Positions 1 through 9,599 of a stretch of 23,641 nt of DNA are shown here, piece after piece (positions within the stretch are counted from its first letter, which is position 1; each line of letters opens with the position of its first letter). The DNA lies in assembly GCA_044356295.1 (NCBI GenBank), contig JBIKWN010000035.1, forward strand, positions 1 to 23,641, written 5' to 3'. The notes under the pieces were generated by a model, which saw nothing but the letters and a program-made list of their open reading frames with translations, did no database searches and was not told the DNA's origin. The position numbers and the translations under genes are program-made. Source of the DNA: Bdellovibrionota bacterium (GTDB lineage Bacteria; Bdellovibrionota_C; UBA2361; JBIKWN01).

Positions 1-192
1 GCAATTTTTAAAGCAGATCAAAATCAGATAAACACTAGTCGTATTACTGGTGTTGCATATTTTTATGACCATGGTCAGGTAAAGTGTGTATCAACTAATT
101 ACCAAAAATGGGTTTCAGGTAGGGGGCAGATATTCGGTGAGGACTACAATAGGTCTTCTATTAATCTGCAAAGAGATGGTTTTGGGGCCTGA
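1..192 (+). CDS. Partial CDS (3' end), hypothetical protein
   Basis: Frame 1 is open from the window edge to TGA at 190-192: AIFKADQNQINTSRITGVAYFYDHGQVKCVSTNYQKWVSGRGQIFGEDYNRSSINLQRDGFGA*. It converges on lptG across a 39-bp gap and is absent from the ORF track because it lacks a start. Confidence 0.6.
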   Translation, partial: AIFKADQNQINTSRITGVAYFYDHGQVKCVSTNYQKWVSGRGQIFGEDYNRSSINLQRDGFGA

Positions 193-231
193 TGTACCGA
201 CAGTGATACGTAACCCAATTCCTTTCAAAAT

Positions 232-1323
232 TTAACTGGGACTATCAACCCCAAGATAGAGAACACTGCCAACTCCAAGCATAATGATATTAGCAAGCCA
301 TGCAGCAATCATCGGTTCTAATATCTCAGCACGCCCCATAGCAATTGAATATGAATGCAGGACGTAAAAAGAAAAACCAATCACGAGCCCTGCAACAAAG
401 CTCATAGCAAGGTTTCCAGAGCGCGCTGGTCGTATAGCAAAAGTAAGAGCTATAAAACTTGCAATAAAAGTAATAAAGGGAAAAGAGATCTTAGCGTACA
501 GATCCGTCAGTAAGCGTGCAGTAGCAACACCTGAATCAGCTTGACGTTTAATATATTTTCTAAACGTTCTATACGACATCGTATCTGCGTCAGTTTCTAC
601 ATTATAAAAACTTTCTGGTTCTTCGCTCGTTGCAAGTGGAAAAGTTGCTCGTTTTTCATATTCAGTTTGATTGTTTGAGGAAAATCGATATTCAGTCATA
701 TCTTTCATCATCCATCCATAGGTTCCACTGATCCAGTTACCTTGAACTGCATTAGTGCGACGGGTCACTTCAAAGTCAGAGTTTACATGAAAAACAGAGA
801 TTCCCATCATTGAATCCGTTCGTGAATCAAACATATTCAGATTGATAAATCTATTATTTTTTCTGCCCCAATAATTCGATTGGCTGTATGCTCCACGCGC
901 ATCTTTTTTCTGGATATCAATATTATATATCTCTTTTACGCGACGTGTCGCAGTGGGGACGATTGTTTCATTAAAGACAATAGATAAAAGGCTAACAATA
1001 ATTCCTGCAATATAAATAGGACGTGCAAGATAAAATGTAGACAGACCTGCTGCACGCATTGCAGTAAGTTCACTATTCTTTGACAGTGTTCCCAGAGTAA
1101 AAAGGGTAGCTACAAGAAAAGCAAGCGGAATCATTAAATTCAGGGTGAGTGGAACTTTAAATAAAAAATATTCAATTGCGCTGCCAAACGAAGCTCCTGC
1201 AGCAACGATGTTATCGATTCGATCAAAGAAATCAATAACAAGAAAAAGTGCAGCAAAAAGAGTAATGCACAGTGCTAAGTTTCGAAGCAAGCTACTCAGA
1301 ATGTATCGGTGAATAATACTCAT
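232..1323 (-). CDS. lptG: LPS export ABC transporter permease LptG
   Basis: 363 aa with 3 TM + periplasmic beta-rich domain + 3 TM. Motifs: MSIIHRYI start, 'LSKNSELTAMRAAGLS' coupling helix, 'AAWLANII'. Overlaps lptF by 4 nt (ATGA). Confidence 0.93.
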   Translation of the reverse strand: MSIIHRYILSSLLRNLALCITLFAALFLVIDFFDRIDNIVAAGASFGSAIEYFLFKVPLTLNLMIPLAFLVATLFTLGTLSKNSELTAMRAAGLSTFYLARPIYIAGIIVSLLSIVFNETIVPTATRRVKEIYNIDIQKKDARGAYSQSNYWGRKNNRFINLNMFDSRTDSMMGISVFHVNSDFEVTRRTNAVQGNWISGTYGWMMKDMTEYRFSSNNQTEYEKRATFPLATSEEPESFYNVETDADTMSYRTFRKYIKRQADSGVATARLLTDLYAKISFPFITFIASFIALTFAIRPARSGNLAMSFVAGLVIGFSFYVLHSYSIAMGRAEILEPMIAAWLANIIMLGVGSVLYLGVDSPS

Positions 1324-2630
1324 GATGTGACACGCTTATAGTGCTGAAATTTACTAATTTTATCTCTGATGAACAGTTCAACTGCTTCTGTTACAGAATG
1401 CCATTTTTCTTTGCCAAGATTACGGAGCGTCATGAGCGCAAAGTAACAGACGATAATATTTGGTAACCATAAAGCGAGAAGTGGTGACAGTGTGCCACTC
1501 TCTGCCATGGCGATTCCAATAGACAAGAATCCATAATAGATAACAAATACAACAAGGGCAAAAACAGCAGAAAGGCCAATTCCAAAAGTTCTTTGAGTTC
1601 TAGGAGGCTGAATTCCAAGGCTCATTCCAACGAGTGCAAGTACGAGGGCGGCAAATGGCATTGAAAGTCTTCTACCTTTTTCAATTTCGATTCTATTTAT
1701 TCTTTTATTCACTTCTTTTTTATTGAGTTGATGGTCTGCAAGGCTCTGACCAAAGGGTAGATTGATATCTTCAAGATTAATTTTTTCTGCTTTCTGAATT
1801 CTTTCTGCAAGATTGATAAAGGCTTTCTTCGTTTCATCTAGCTCACTTATTTTCATTGAACTAAATTGCCTTCCTTTTTTATTAGTATCAGTAGAGAGTA
1901 GTTCATCAGCAGAGATAACAGAGATGTTCTCATCAAAATGAGTGACTGCATATTTCCCTTCATGCTCTTCGTGAATTTCCCCGTTAAATAAGTGAAAAAT
2001 GACCTGATTACTTTCTTGGTTGTTACCTAAGTTTCCAGTTTTAGAAAAAATAATTTTTCTATTTTGTTCATCTCTTCGGTCATCAAGTAGTACATGACTC
2101 ATCTTGCCGGTAGCATGATCTATTTTTTCACAGTACATGGTCATGTCACCAAAGCGAGTAAATACTCCCTCATCCAAACCTGCAGTACTGGTTGTTGAAG
2201 CAATCTGTTTGAGTGTGTTACTCAAAGTGTTATATCCCCATGGTCTTCCAATATAACTGACAGAGATGCTTATGAGGGTAATACATAATCCAAAAATGAC
2301 TACTGGTTGAATAAGCGTGGTAAGTGAAATGCCACTTGCGCGCAGAACTATTAACTCTGAATCGCCAGATAATCGCGCAAATGCAAGCATGACACCGAGA
2401 AGAATTGCCATAGGAATAGCAATCTCTAAAAATGTAGGAAGCAGTGACATGAAGACCATTGAGATCTGGGAAGAATCAACTCCCTTTGCAACTATGAGAG
2501 AAGCGAATTTCAGCAAATTGACAGCAAAGAGCACTCCGGTAAAGGCTGCAAGACATCCAAAAAAAAATACCGCTATCTCTTTGAGGAGATAGCGGTAGAT
2601 AATTTTAGGGAAGGGAATTTTTGCAAACAC
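1320..2630 (-). CDS. lptF: LPS export ABC transporter permease LptF
   Basis: Motifs 'IYRYLLKEI', 'RLSGDSELIVLRASGIS', 'RRLSMPFA' and 'ALWLPNII'. GTG start; lies directly upstream of its paralogue lptG. Confidence 0.92.
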   Translation of the reverse strand: MFAKIPFPKIIYRYLLKEIAVFFFGCLAAFTGVLFAVNLLKFASLIVAKGVDSSQISMVFMSLLPTFLEIAIPMAILLGVMLAFARLSGDSELIVLRASGISLTTLIQPVVIFGLCITLISISVSYIGRPWGYNTLSNTLKQIASTTSTAGLDEGVFTRFGDMTMYCEKIDHATGKMSHVLLDDRRDEQNRKIIFSKTGNLGNNQESNQVIFHLFNGEIHEEHEGKYAVTHFDENISVISADELLSTDTNKKGRQFSSMKISELDETKKAFINLAERIQKAEKINLEDINLPFGQSLADHQLNKKEVNKRINRIEIEKGRRLSMPFAALVLALVGMSLGIQPPRTQRTFGIGLSAVFALVVFVIYYGFLSIGIAMAESGTLSPLLALWLPNIIVCYFALMTLRNLGKEKWHSVTEAVELFIRDKISKFQHYKRVTS

Positions 2631-2646
2631 TTCTCTAAAAAACCAC

Positions 2647-2970
2647 TTAGCTAAAAAGCATAGAGTTTTTCTTTGCTCGCGACTCTTCTTTGCGAACTTT
2701 CTTCATCGCTTCTTTAGCTTTACGCTTTCTTTTCAGCGATGGCTTTTCGAAATAACGACGGCTTTTGAGTTCTTTAAAAAGTCCTTCTTTGATCAGTTTT
2801 CTTTTTAGAATTTTCATCGCCTTTTCGATGTTAGTATCGACGATGACTTCCATTGGACCACCACGAGGTCGTTCAGCCTGTGGATTAGCTCCAGCAGCTC
2901 CGCCTGAATTTTGAAAATAATCTTTTCGTGGGCGACGCTCAGTTTTTTCGTTTGTTTCGTTATTGTCCAA
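2647..2970 (-). CDS. rpsU: 30S ribosomal protein S21 with N-terminal extension
   Basis: Residues 40 onward ('MEVIVDTNIEKAMKILKRKLIKEGLFKELKSRRYFEKPSLKRKRK') form the bS21 signature. TTG start with GGAG 7 nt upstream; alternative ATG at 2853. Confidence 0.92.
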   Translation of the reverse strand: MDNNETNEKTERRPRKDYFQNSGGAAGANPQAERPRGGPMEVIVDTNIEKAMKILKRKLIKEGLFKELKSRRYFEKPSLKRKRKAKEAMKKVRKEESRAKKNSMLFS

Positions 2971-3002
2971 TTTCTTTCTCCAAAAATTTACTGTGACGAT
3001 TA

Positions 3003-3428
3003 TTATTCAGCTGCAACTTCAGCAGTTTCAACTTCAGTGGAAGCAGCAGCTGCCATGAAACGAGTTTTAATTCTTGTTGCTTTACCACGAAGCGGTCGTA
3101 AGTAGAACAGTTTAGCACGTGCAACTTTACCGTGGCTTAGTACTTCTATTTTTTCAACACGTGGGCTGTGAAGATAGAAAGTACGCTCTACACCGATGTT
3201 GTATGAAACTTTACGAACAGTGAATGTAGCATTAGCATTTTCACGATTACGTCTTTTAAGAACAACACCTTCAAATGCCTGTATTCTTTCTCTTGTTCCT
3301 TCAACGATTTTAACGTGAACACGAACAGTGTCGCCCGCACGAAATGTAGGGACAGAAGACTTTGTGTTTGCTGCGCGAATTTTTGCGAGCTTGGACTCAA
3401 GAGAGCCAGTAGGGATAACGTCACTCAT
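3003..3428 (-). CDS. rplS: 50S ribosomal protein L19
   Basis: Motifs '[28 protein letters not shown]', '[17 protein letters not shown]' and 'ARAKLFYLR'; short Ala/Glu-rich C-terminal tail. Confidence 0.97.
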   Translation of the reverse strand: MSDVIPTGSLESKLAKIRAANTKSSVPTFRAGDTVRVHVKIVEGTRERIQAFEGVVLKRRNRENANATFTVRKVSYNIGVERTFYLHSPRVEKIEVLSHGKVARAKLFYLRPLRGKATRIKTRFMAAAASTEVETAEVAAE

Positions 3429-3473
3429 ATTATATAACTCAGTTCAATGAAGAATCTAAAAGAAGAGCTAGGC

Positions 3474-3502
3474 AGTATACGACTACATGGGGTTTGTTTC
3501 AA
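3474..3502 (-). promoter_or_regulatory. Sigma70-type promoter for rplS-rpsU-lptF-lptG
   Basis: Minus strand reads TTGAAA (3502-3497), 17-nt spacer, TATACT (3479-3474), about 45 nt upstream of the rplS ATG. Confidence 0.7.
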
Positions 3503-3543
3503 GCTTCAGCACAGATTTTTTTTCGCTAACTGCTCGAATTCAG

Positions 3544-3571
3544 TTGGAATCTTAAAAAATCCTGCTATGAT
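3544..3571 (+). promoter_or_regulatory. Putative sigma70-type promoter for the mre operon
   Basis: TTGGAA (3544-3549), 16-nt spacer, extended -10 TG-C-TATGAT (3563-3571), upstream of ORF 3626. Confidence 0.5.
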
Positions 3572-3625
3572 TCACCCTCCTCACTTTAACTGGCTTGTAG
3601 TAAATATAGTAAAAGTACCCCCTCT

Positions 3626-5093
<1,468 letters not shown>

Positions 5094-5099
5094 GTGTGA

Positions 5100-5927
5100 G
5101 TGCCCATGAGAACTGTTTCTGATAGAGGTCGGGCTGGATTATCAGCATTTGTTCTTTTTTGTATATCACTATCGTTAACTTCTTATTCAGTGAAGCACAC
5201 TGGGACATCAGGGTATGCTAATCAAATAGTTGCCGAATCTATTAGACCGTTTTCCTCTGCTTCTTATGCAGTTTATGACTGGAGTCGTCAGCATTGGGAA
5301 GGGTATATCAATCTTGTAGGATTGAAAGAAGAAAACGAACATATAATTTCTCGACTGAAAATTCTTGAATCTCAAAATGCAAAGCTTGGCGAACTCGAAC
5401 AAGAAAATCGTCGATTGAAAAGTCTATTACTCGTCAAAGATATCGCCCAGAGTCATACAGTCGCTGCCCGTGTCATTGGATACGATCCATCTGGATGGAT
5501 TCAGGCAATTACTATTAATCGAGGCTTGAATGATGGTGTTAATGAAGGTGATGCCGTCATTGATGGAGCAGGCATTGTTGGTCAAGTTATCACCGTTAGT
5601 CACAATACATCCCGAGTACTTTTAGTCATCGATCGCACAAGTGGCGTTGATGCCTTTATACAAGATAATAGGGGGAGGGGCATTGTTGAAGGGAGTGGAT
5701 CAAGTACACTTGAATTTAAATTTGTTACTGATTCAGAAGAAATAAAAATTGGAGAAAAAATTGTTACCAGTGGCCTTGATGGAGTTTTTCCTAAAGGATT
5801 AATTGTAGGCATAGTTTCCCAAAGTGGCACAAGCAGTGGTGGAATGTTTAAAGTAATAAAAATAAATCCAGCTGTTAATTTTCAAAAACTCGAAGACGTC
5901 CTTGTGTTAATACATGGAGGGCAATAA
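5100..5927 (+). CDS. mreC: Rod shape-determining protein MreC
   Basis: N-terminal TM, coiled coil ('LEQENRRLKSLL'), 'ARVIG', 'ITINRG', 'VTSGLDGVFPKGLIVG'; directly follows mreB. Start is GTG 5100 or ATG 5106. Confidence 0.96.
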   Translation: MPMRTVSDRGRAGLSAFVLFCISLSLTSYSVKHTGTSGYANQIVAESIRPFSSASYAVYDWSRQHWEGYINLVGLKEENEHIISRLKILESQNAKLGELEQENRRLKSLLLVKDIAQSHTVAARVIGYDPSGWIQAITINRGLNDGVNEGDAVIDGAGIVGQVITVSHNTSRVLLVIDRTSGVDAFIQDNRGRGIVEGSGSSTLEFKFVTDSEEIKIGEKIVTSGLDGVFPKGLIVGIVSQSGTSSGGMFKVIKINPAVNFQKLEDVLVLIHGGQ

Positions 5928-5929
5928 GA

Positions 5930-6445
5930 ATGTTTAGACAAATTATAACAATTCTTTCAATTGCACTTTTCTGTGTGTTTCTTCAGGCCACCATATTTGG
6001 AACGTTCCTTCCGCGAACAATGATTCCAAATCTTTGCTTGATTGTTGTTATTTTTTTAGGAGCATGTGAAGTGAACCTTTTAGGAGCAGTCTTAGCATTT
6101 ATGGTTGGGCTTCTTTTAGACCTGTCTTCTGGTCAATTAATTGGACCTTGGAGCGGTGCCTTCGCAGCCTTATTTGGAGTGCTTTCTCAAGGTGGACGGA
6201 AACTATTTCTGGATTCGTGGCTCACGATAGGATTGGTTACATTTGTGAGTGGATTTTTTTGCCAAGTTATTTATCTTTTTCTTTTATCAAGTTTTCGATT
6301 TTCGTGGTCTGATATTTTTTCATGGACTATGTTTGGGACAAGCTTTGTTACAGCAATCCTTGCGCCTGGGTTCTTCCTTTTATTAAAGGGAGTCATTGAT
6401 CGACGAAGCGCTGGAACTCGTTATATTCAACAACGATTATTCTGA
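5930..6445 (+). CDS. mreD: Rod shape-determining protein MreD
   Basis: 171-aa polytopic membrane protein with 'PNLCLIVVIF' and 'AFMVGLLLDLSSG'; lies between mreC and mrdA. Confidence 0.9.
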   Translation: MFRQIITILSIALFCVFLQATIFGTFLPRTMIPNLCLIVVIFLGACEVNLLGAVLAFMVGLLLDLSSGQLIGPWSGAFAALFGVLSQGGRKLFLDSWLTIGLVTFVSGFFCQVIYLFLLSSFRFSWSDIFSWTMFGTSFVTAILAPGFFLLLKGVIDRRSAGTRYIQQRLF

Positions 6446-6469
6446 TGGTTTTATAAAAGTTAGACGTTT

Positions 6470-8416
6470 GTGAATCCTGAAAAACTACAGATAAATGTTC
6501 AGTTTAGAGCCATGATTATCTTGGCGATTGGAATTGTTTTTTGCTTTGTTGTTGCAATGCGACTCTGGTATTTGCAGATTATTAATGGAGAAGAATTTCG
6601 ACAAAAATCAGAAAATAACAGGATTCGGCGAGTGTTTATTCCACCTCCTCGTGGATTGATCTTAGATAGAGACGGAAAGGTGCTGGTGAAAAATCGTCCT
6701 TCATTTAATATCGAATTCATTAAAGAGGATTCACCAAATCCAGAAGAGACAATTACGAAACTTTCAATAATTGTGAACGAACCAGCTGATGTTTTGATGT
6801 CTCGACTTAAAGGAAGTAAAAAAAGAAGACGGTTTGAACCAAAAGTTCTTCTGAAAGATGTATCTCGTGATGTCTTGGCAAAAGTTTCAGCGAAACGTTA
6901 TGACTTGCCTGGTGTAATCGTAAATGTTGTACCCGCACGAGAGTATATTCACGGAGCACTCGGAGCGCATGCGCTTGGCTATATTCGAGAGATCTCATCT
7001 TCACAATTAGAAAAACAAGAATATGCTGGGTATACCCAAGGAGATATTGTTGGTCAGTTTGGTTTAGAGAAAAAATGGGAACGTTACTTACAAGGTAAAC
7101 GAGGCCTGCAAGCTGTCATTGTTGATGCAACGGGGAATCGAATTGGAGAAGCCTCTTTTGAACGAGAAACTGCTGGACATTCTTTAACGACTACCCTTGA
7201 TCTTGATGTTCAATTAGCAGCCGAGAAGGCACTTGGTGAGAGGAAGGGATCGGTTGTAGCAATGGACCCAAATACAGGTGAAGTACTTGCTATGGTGTCT
7301 CATCCTGCATTTGATCCAAATCTTTTTACTAAAGAAGTTTCTGAAGAAGATTGGAAAGATTTAACAACAGGCAAGGAAAAAAAACTTTCTAATCGAGTTA
7401 TTCAAGGAACGTTTCCACCAGGATCCGTTTTTAAAGTATTTATGGCAGCCGCAGGATTGTCTGAAAGTTTAGTGACTCCAAATTCAACAGTGAATTGTCC
7501 AGGTTTTTTTAATTTTGTTGGAAGAAATTTTAAATGTCACAAACACTCAGGACATGGTGCTGTAAATTTATTTGATGCACTTGTGCTTTCTTGTGATGTT
7601 TATTTTTATACACTGGGTAATAAATTAGGTGTCGATAGAATTCATCAATATGCATCCTATTTTGGTCTTGGGCAAAAAACTGGAATTGATATTGGTGATG
7701 AACCTACAGGAATCATTCCTTCAACTGCTTGGAAAAAGAGTTATTATAAAACACCTGAAATGCAGAAATGGTATGCAGGTGAGACCCTTTCGGTAGTTAT
7801 TGGTCAAGGTGCTACAACGACAACACCGCTTCAATTAACTAGAGGAATCGCTGCCGTAGTGAATGGCGGCAAAGTGCTTCGCCCATATCTTGAAAAACGT
7901 TTATCTTCTTTGGATGGTTCATTTCAAGATGATAATTTCCACACTGAAGTACAAAGCATTGCCGATGTTGATAAAAAAACACTTGATATTGTTCGACAAG
8001 GAATGGTCGGTGTTGTCAACGAAGCCCGAGGAACTGGGAAAAGGGCGAGTCTGACTAAAGAGTTTGGCGTTACTGTTGGCGGCAAAACTGGAACCGCGCA
8101 AGTTGCCGCACTTGAATTTCATAAAACGGGCACCGACCTTGATCACCATGCATGGTTTTCTGGCTATGCACCTGCTGAAAATCCACAAATTGTTGTGACT
8201 GCATTAGTTGAAAATGGCGGTGGTGGTGGTGCAACTGCTGCTCCTGTAGTGAAAGCTACTATGGAAGCATTTTTTGCGAAAAGACTTCCTCGACTCGATG
8301 TAGAATTACAGCCTACATCAGAAAAAGGTAATACAGCGTCCGGTGGGGATATTGAAGTTCCTGAGCCTGATACAGTAGATTCGACGAATCAAGAGGAGCA
8401 CCGACATGCAGATTGA
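6470..8416 (+). CDS. mrdA: Penicillin-binding protein 2 (class B transpeptidase)
   Basis: N-terminal TM, 'RLWYLQI', 'PPRGLILDR'. Catalytic motifs SxxK (PGSVFK), SxD (SCDVYFY) and KTG (GGKTGTAQ). Acidic low-complexity tail overlaps the rodA start. Confidence 0.97.
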   Translation: MNPEKLQINVQFRAMIILAIGIVFCFVVAMRLWYLQIINGEEFRQKSENNRIRRVFIPPPRGLILDRDGKVLVKNRPSFNIEFIKEDSPNPEETITKLSIIVNEPADVLMSRLKGSKKRRRFEPKVLLKDVSRDVLAKVSAKRYDLPGVIVNVVPAREYIHGALGAHALGYIREISSSQLEKQEYAGYTQGDIVGQFGLEKKWERYLQGKRGLQAVIVDATGNRIGEASFERETAGHSLTTTLDLDVQLAAEKALGERKGSVVAMDPNTGEVLAMVSHPAFDPNLFTKEVSEEDWKDLTTGKEKKLSNRVIQGTFPPGSVFKVFMAAAGLSESLVTPNSTVNCPGFFNFVGRNFKCHKHSGHGAVNLFDALVLSCDVYFYTLGNKLGVDRIHQYASYFGLGQKTGIDIGDEPTGIIPSTAWKKSYYKTPEMQKWYAGETLSVVIGQGATTTTPLQLTRGIAAVVNGGKVLRPYLEKRLSSLDGSFQDDNFHTEVQSIADVDKKTLDIVRQGMVGVVNEARGTGKRASLTKEFGVTVGGKTGTAQVAALEFHKTGTDLDHHAWFSGYAPAENPQIVVTALVENGGGGGATAAPVVKATMEAFFAKRLPRLDVELQPTSEKGNTASGGDIEVPEPDTVDSTNQEEHRHAD

Positions 8417-9542
8417 TAGAAGATTGTTTGCCTACTTTGATTGGTGGCTTCTTGGTATTGCTGCAATGATTCCACTTGTTGGGCTTATTGTTTTATATAG
8501 TGCTGGATACGATCCTGATGCAACGGATCCTTTGTTTGGATTTATTCCCTTACTTATTCCTAGTCCTGCTTGTAAAAAGCAGATAGTGTTTCTGATTTTT
8601 GGAATTATTGTAGCCATAGTCGCTGTCCTTATTCCGACACAGCGTCTTAGTAAATTTGCTTATGTTTTTTACGGTGTATGTATTCTTCTTTTAATTTTCG
8701 TTGATGTATTTGGGGTGGTCATTAAAGGTTCACAGCGATGGATTGATTTTGGTCCAATTCATTTTCAACCATCTGAAATTACAAAGATGGGAGTTATCCT
8801 TGCCCTTTCGCGTTATCTATCCGCGTATCCATCACCACGCGGTGGTCTAAAACTAAAAGGAATGATCTTTCCGTTTCTTATTTTCCTGATCCCTATGGGA
8901 CTTATTATGAAGCAACCCGACCTTGGGACTGGATTGTCGATTGGCGCAATTGGGTTTGCAATGGTTCTATTTTCTGGGGTTCATATCCGTTCGTTGTTGC
9001 TCCTTTTTATTATAGGTCTATCTGCCCTCTACCCGGCGTGGCTCAATTTGCATGATTATCAGAAGCGAAGGCTTATAGTGCTTGTTGATCCTGAAGCGGA
9101 TCCACTCGGCAGTGGATATCATATTTTGCAATCAAAAATTGCAGTTGGATCAGGTGAATTATTTGGAAAAGGATTTTTAAAAGGGACCCAGACTCAGCTT
9201 CAATTTCTTCCGGAACATACTACTGATTTTATTTTCTCAGTATTGGCTGAAGAGTGGGGGTTTGTTGGTTGTATGTTTGTGTTAGGGCTATACCTATTAC
9301 TGCTTTATAAACTCTCGAGGGTTGTAATAAAGTGTCGTGATTCGTTTTCGATGTTTTTAGTTGTTGGGATGATTGCTTATATTTATTGCCATCTGATGAT
9401 TAATATTGGGATGGTTATTGGGCTACTTCCTGTTGTTGGTATTCCTCTTCCTCTTTTTAGCTACGGTGGTTCGTCGCTTTTATCCAATATGATGGCGATC
9501 GGAATTGCTTTAGGGGTGAGTGTCCGTAGACGATTGGGATAA
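8406..9542 (+). CDS. rodA: SEDS peptidoglycan glycosyltransferase RodA
   Basis: Motifs 'GSQRWI', 'FQPSEITK', 'QPDLGT', 'GYHILQSKIAVGSG', 'LPEHTTDFIF' and 'SYGGSS'; follows mrdA with a GAGGAG Shine-Dalgarno. Confidence 0.97.
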   Translation: MQIDRRLFAYFDWWLLGIAAMIPLVGLIVLYSAGYDPDATDPLFGFIPLLIPSPACKKQIVFLIFGIIVAIVAVLIPTQRLSKFAYVFYGVCILLLIFVDVFGVVIKGSQRWIDFGPIHFQPSEITKMGVILALSRYLSAYPSPRGGLKLKGMIFPFLIFLIPMGLIMKQPDLGTGLSIGAIGFAMVLFSGVHIRSLLLLFIIGLSALYPAWLNLHDYQKRRLIVLVDPEADPLGSGYHILQSKIAVGSGELFGKGFLKGTQTQLQFLPEHTTDFIFSVLAEEWGFVGCMFVLGLYLLLLYKLSRVVIKCRDSFSMFLVVGMIAYIYCHLMINIGMVIGLLPVVGIPLPLFSYGGSSLLSNMMAIGIALGVSVRRRLG

Positions 9543-9576
9543 TTCATGATTTTTTAGTATCTTAGTATTTGGCGAC

Positions 9577-9585
9577 TGATATAAT
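9577..9585 (+). promoter_or_regulatory. Extended -10 promoter element (TGnTATAAT)
   Basis: Perfect TGATATAAT in the gap after rodA; no consensus -35. Confidence 0.55.
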
Positions 9586-9599
9586 TAGTGCATAAACAT

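Noticed and set aside
193..231. Intrinsic terminators at convergent junctions (also 15782-15785 and 23347-23363)
   Set aside because: No GC-rich hairpin with a U-tract is visible at any of them.
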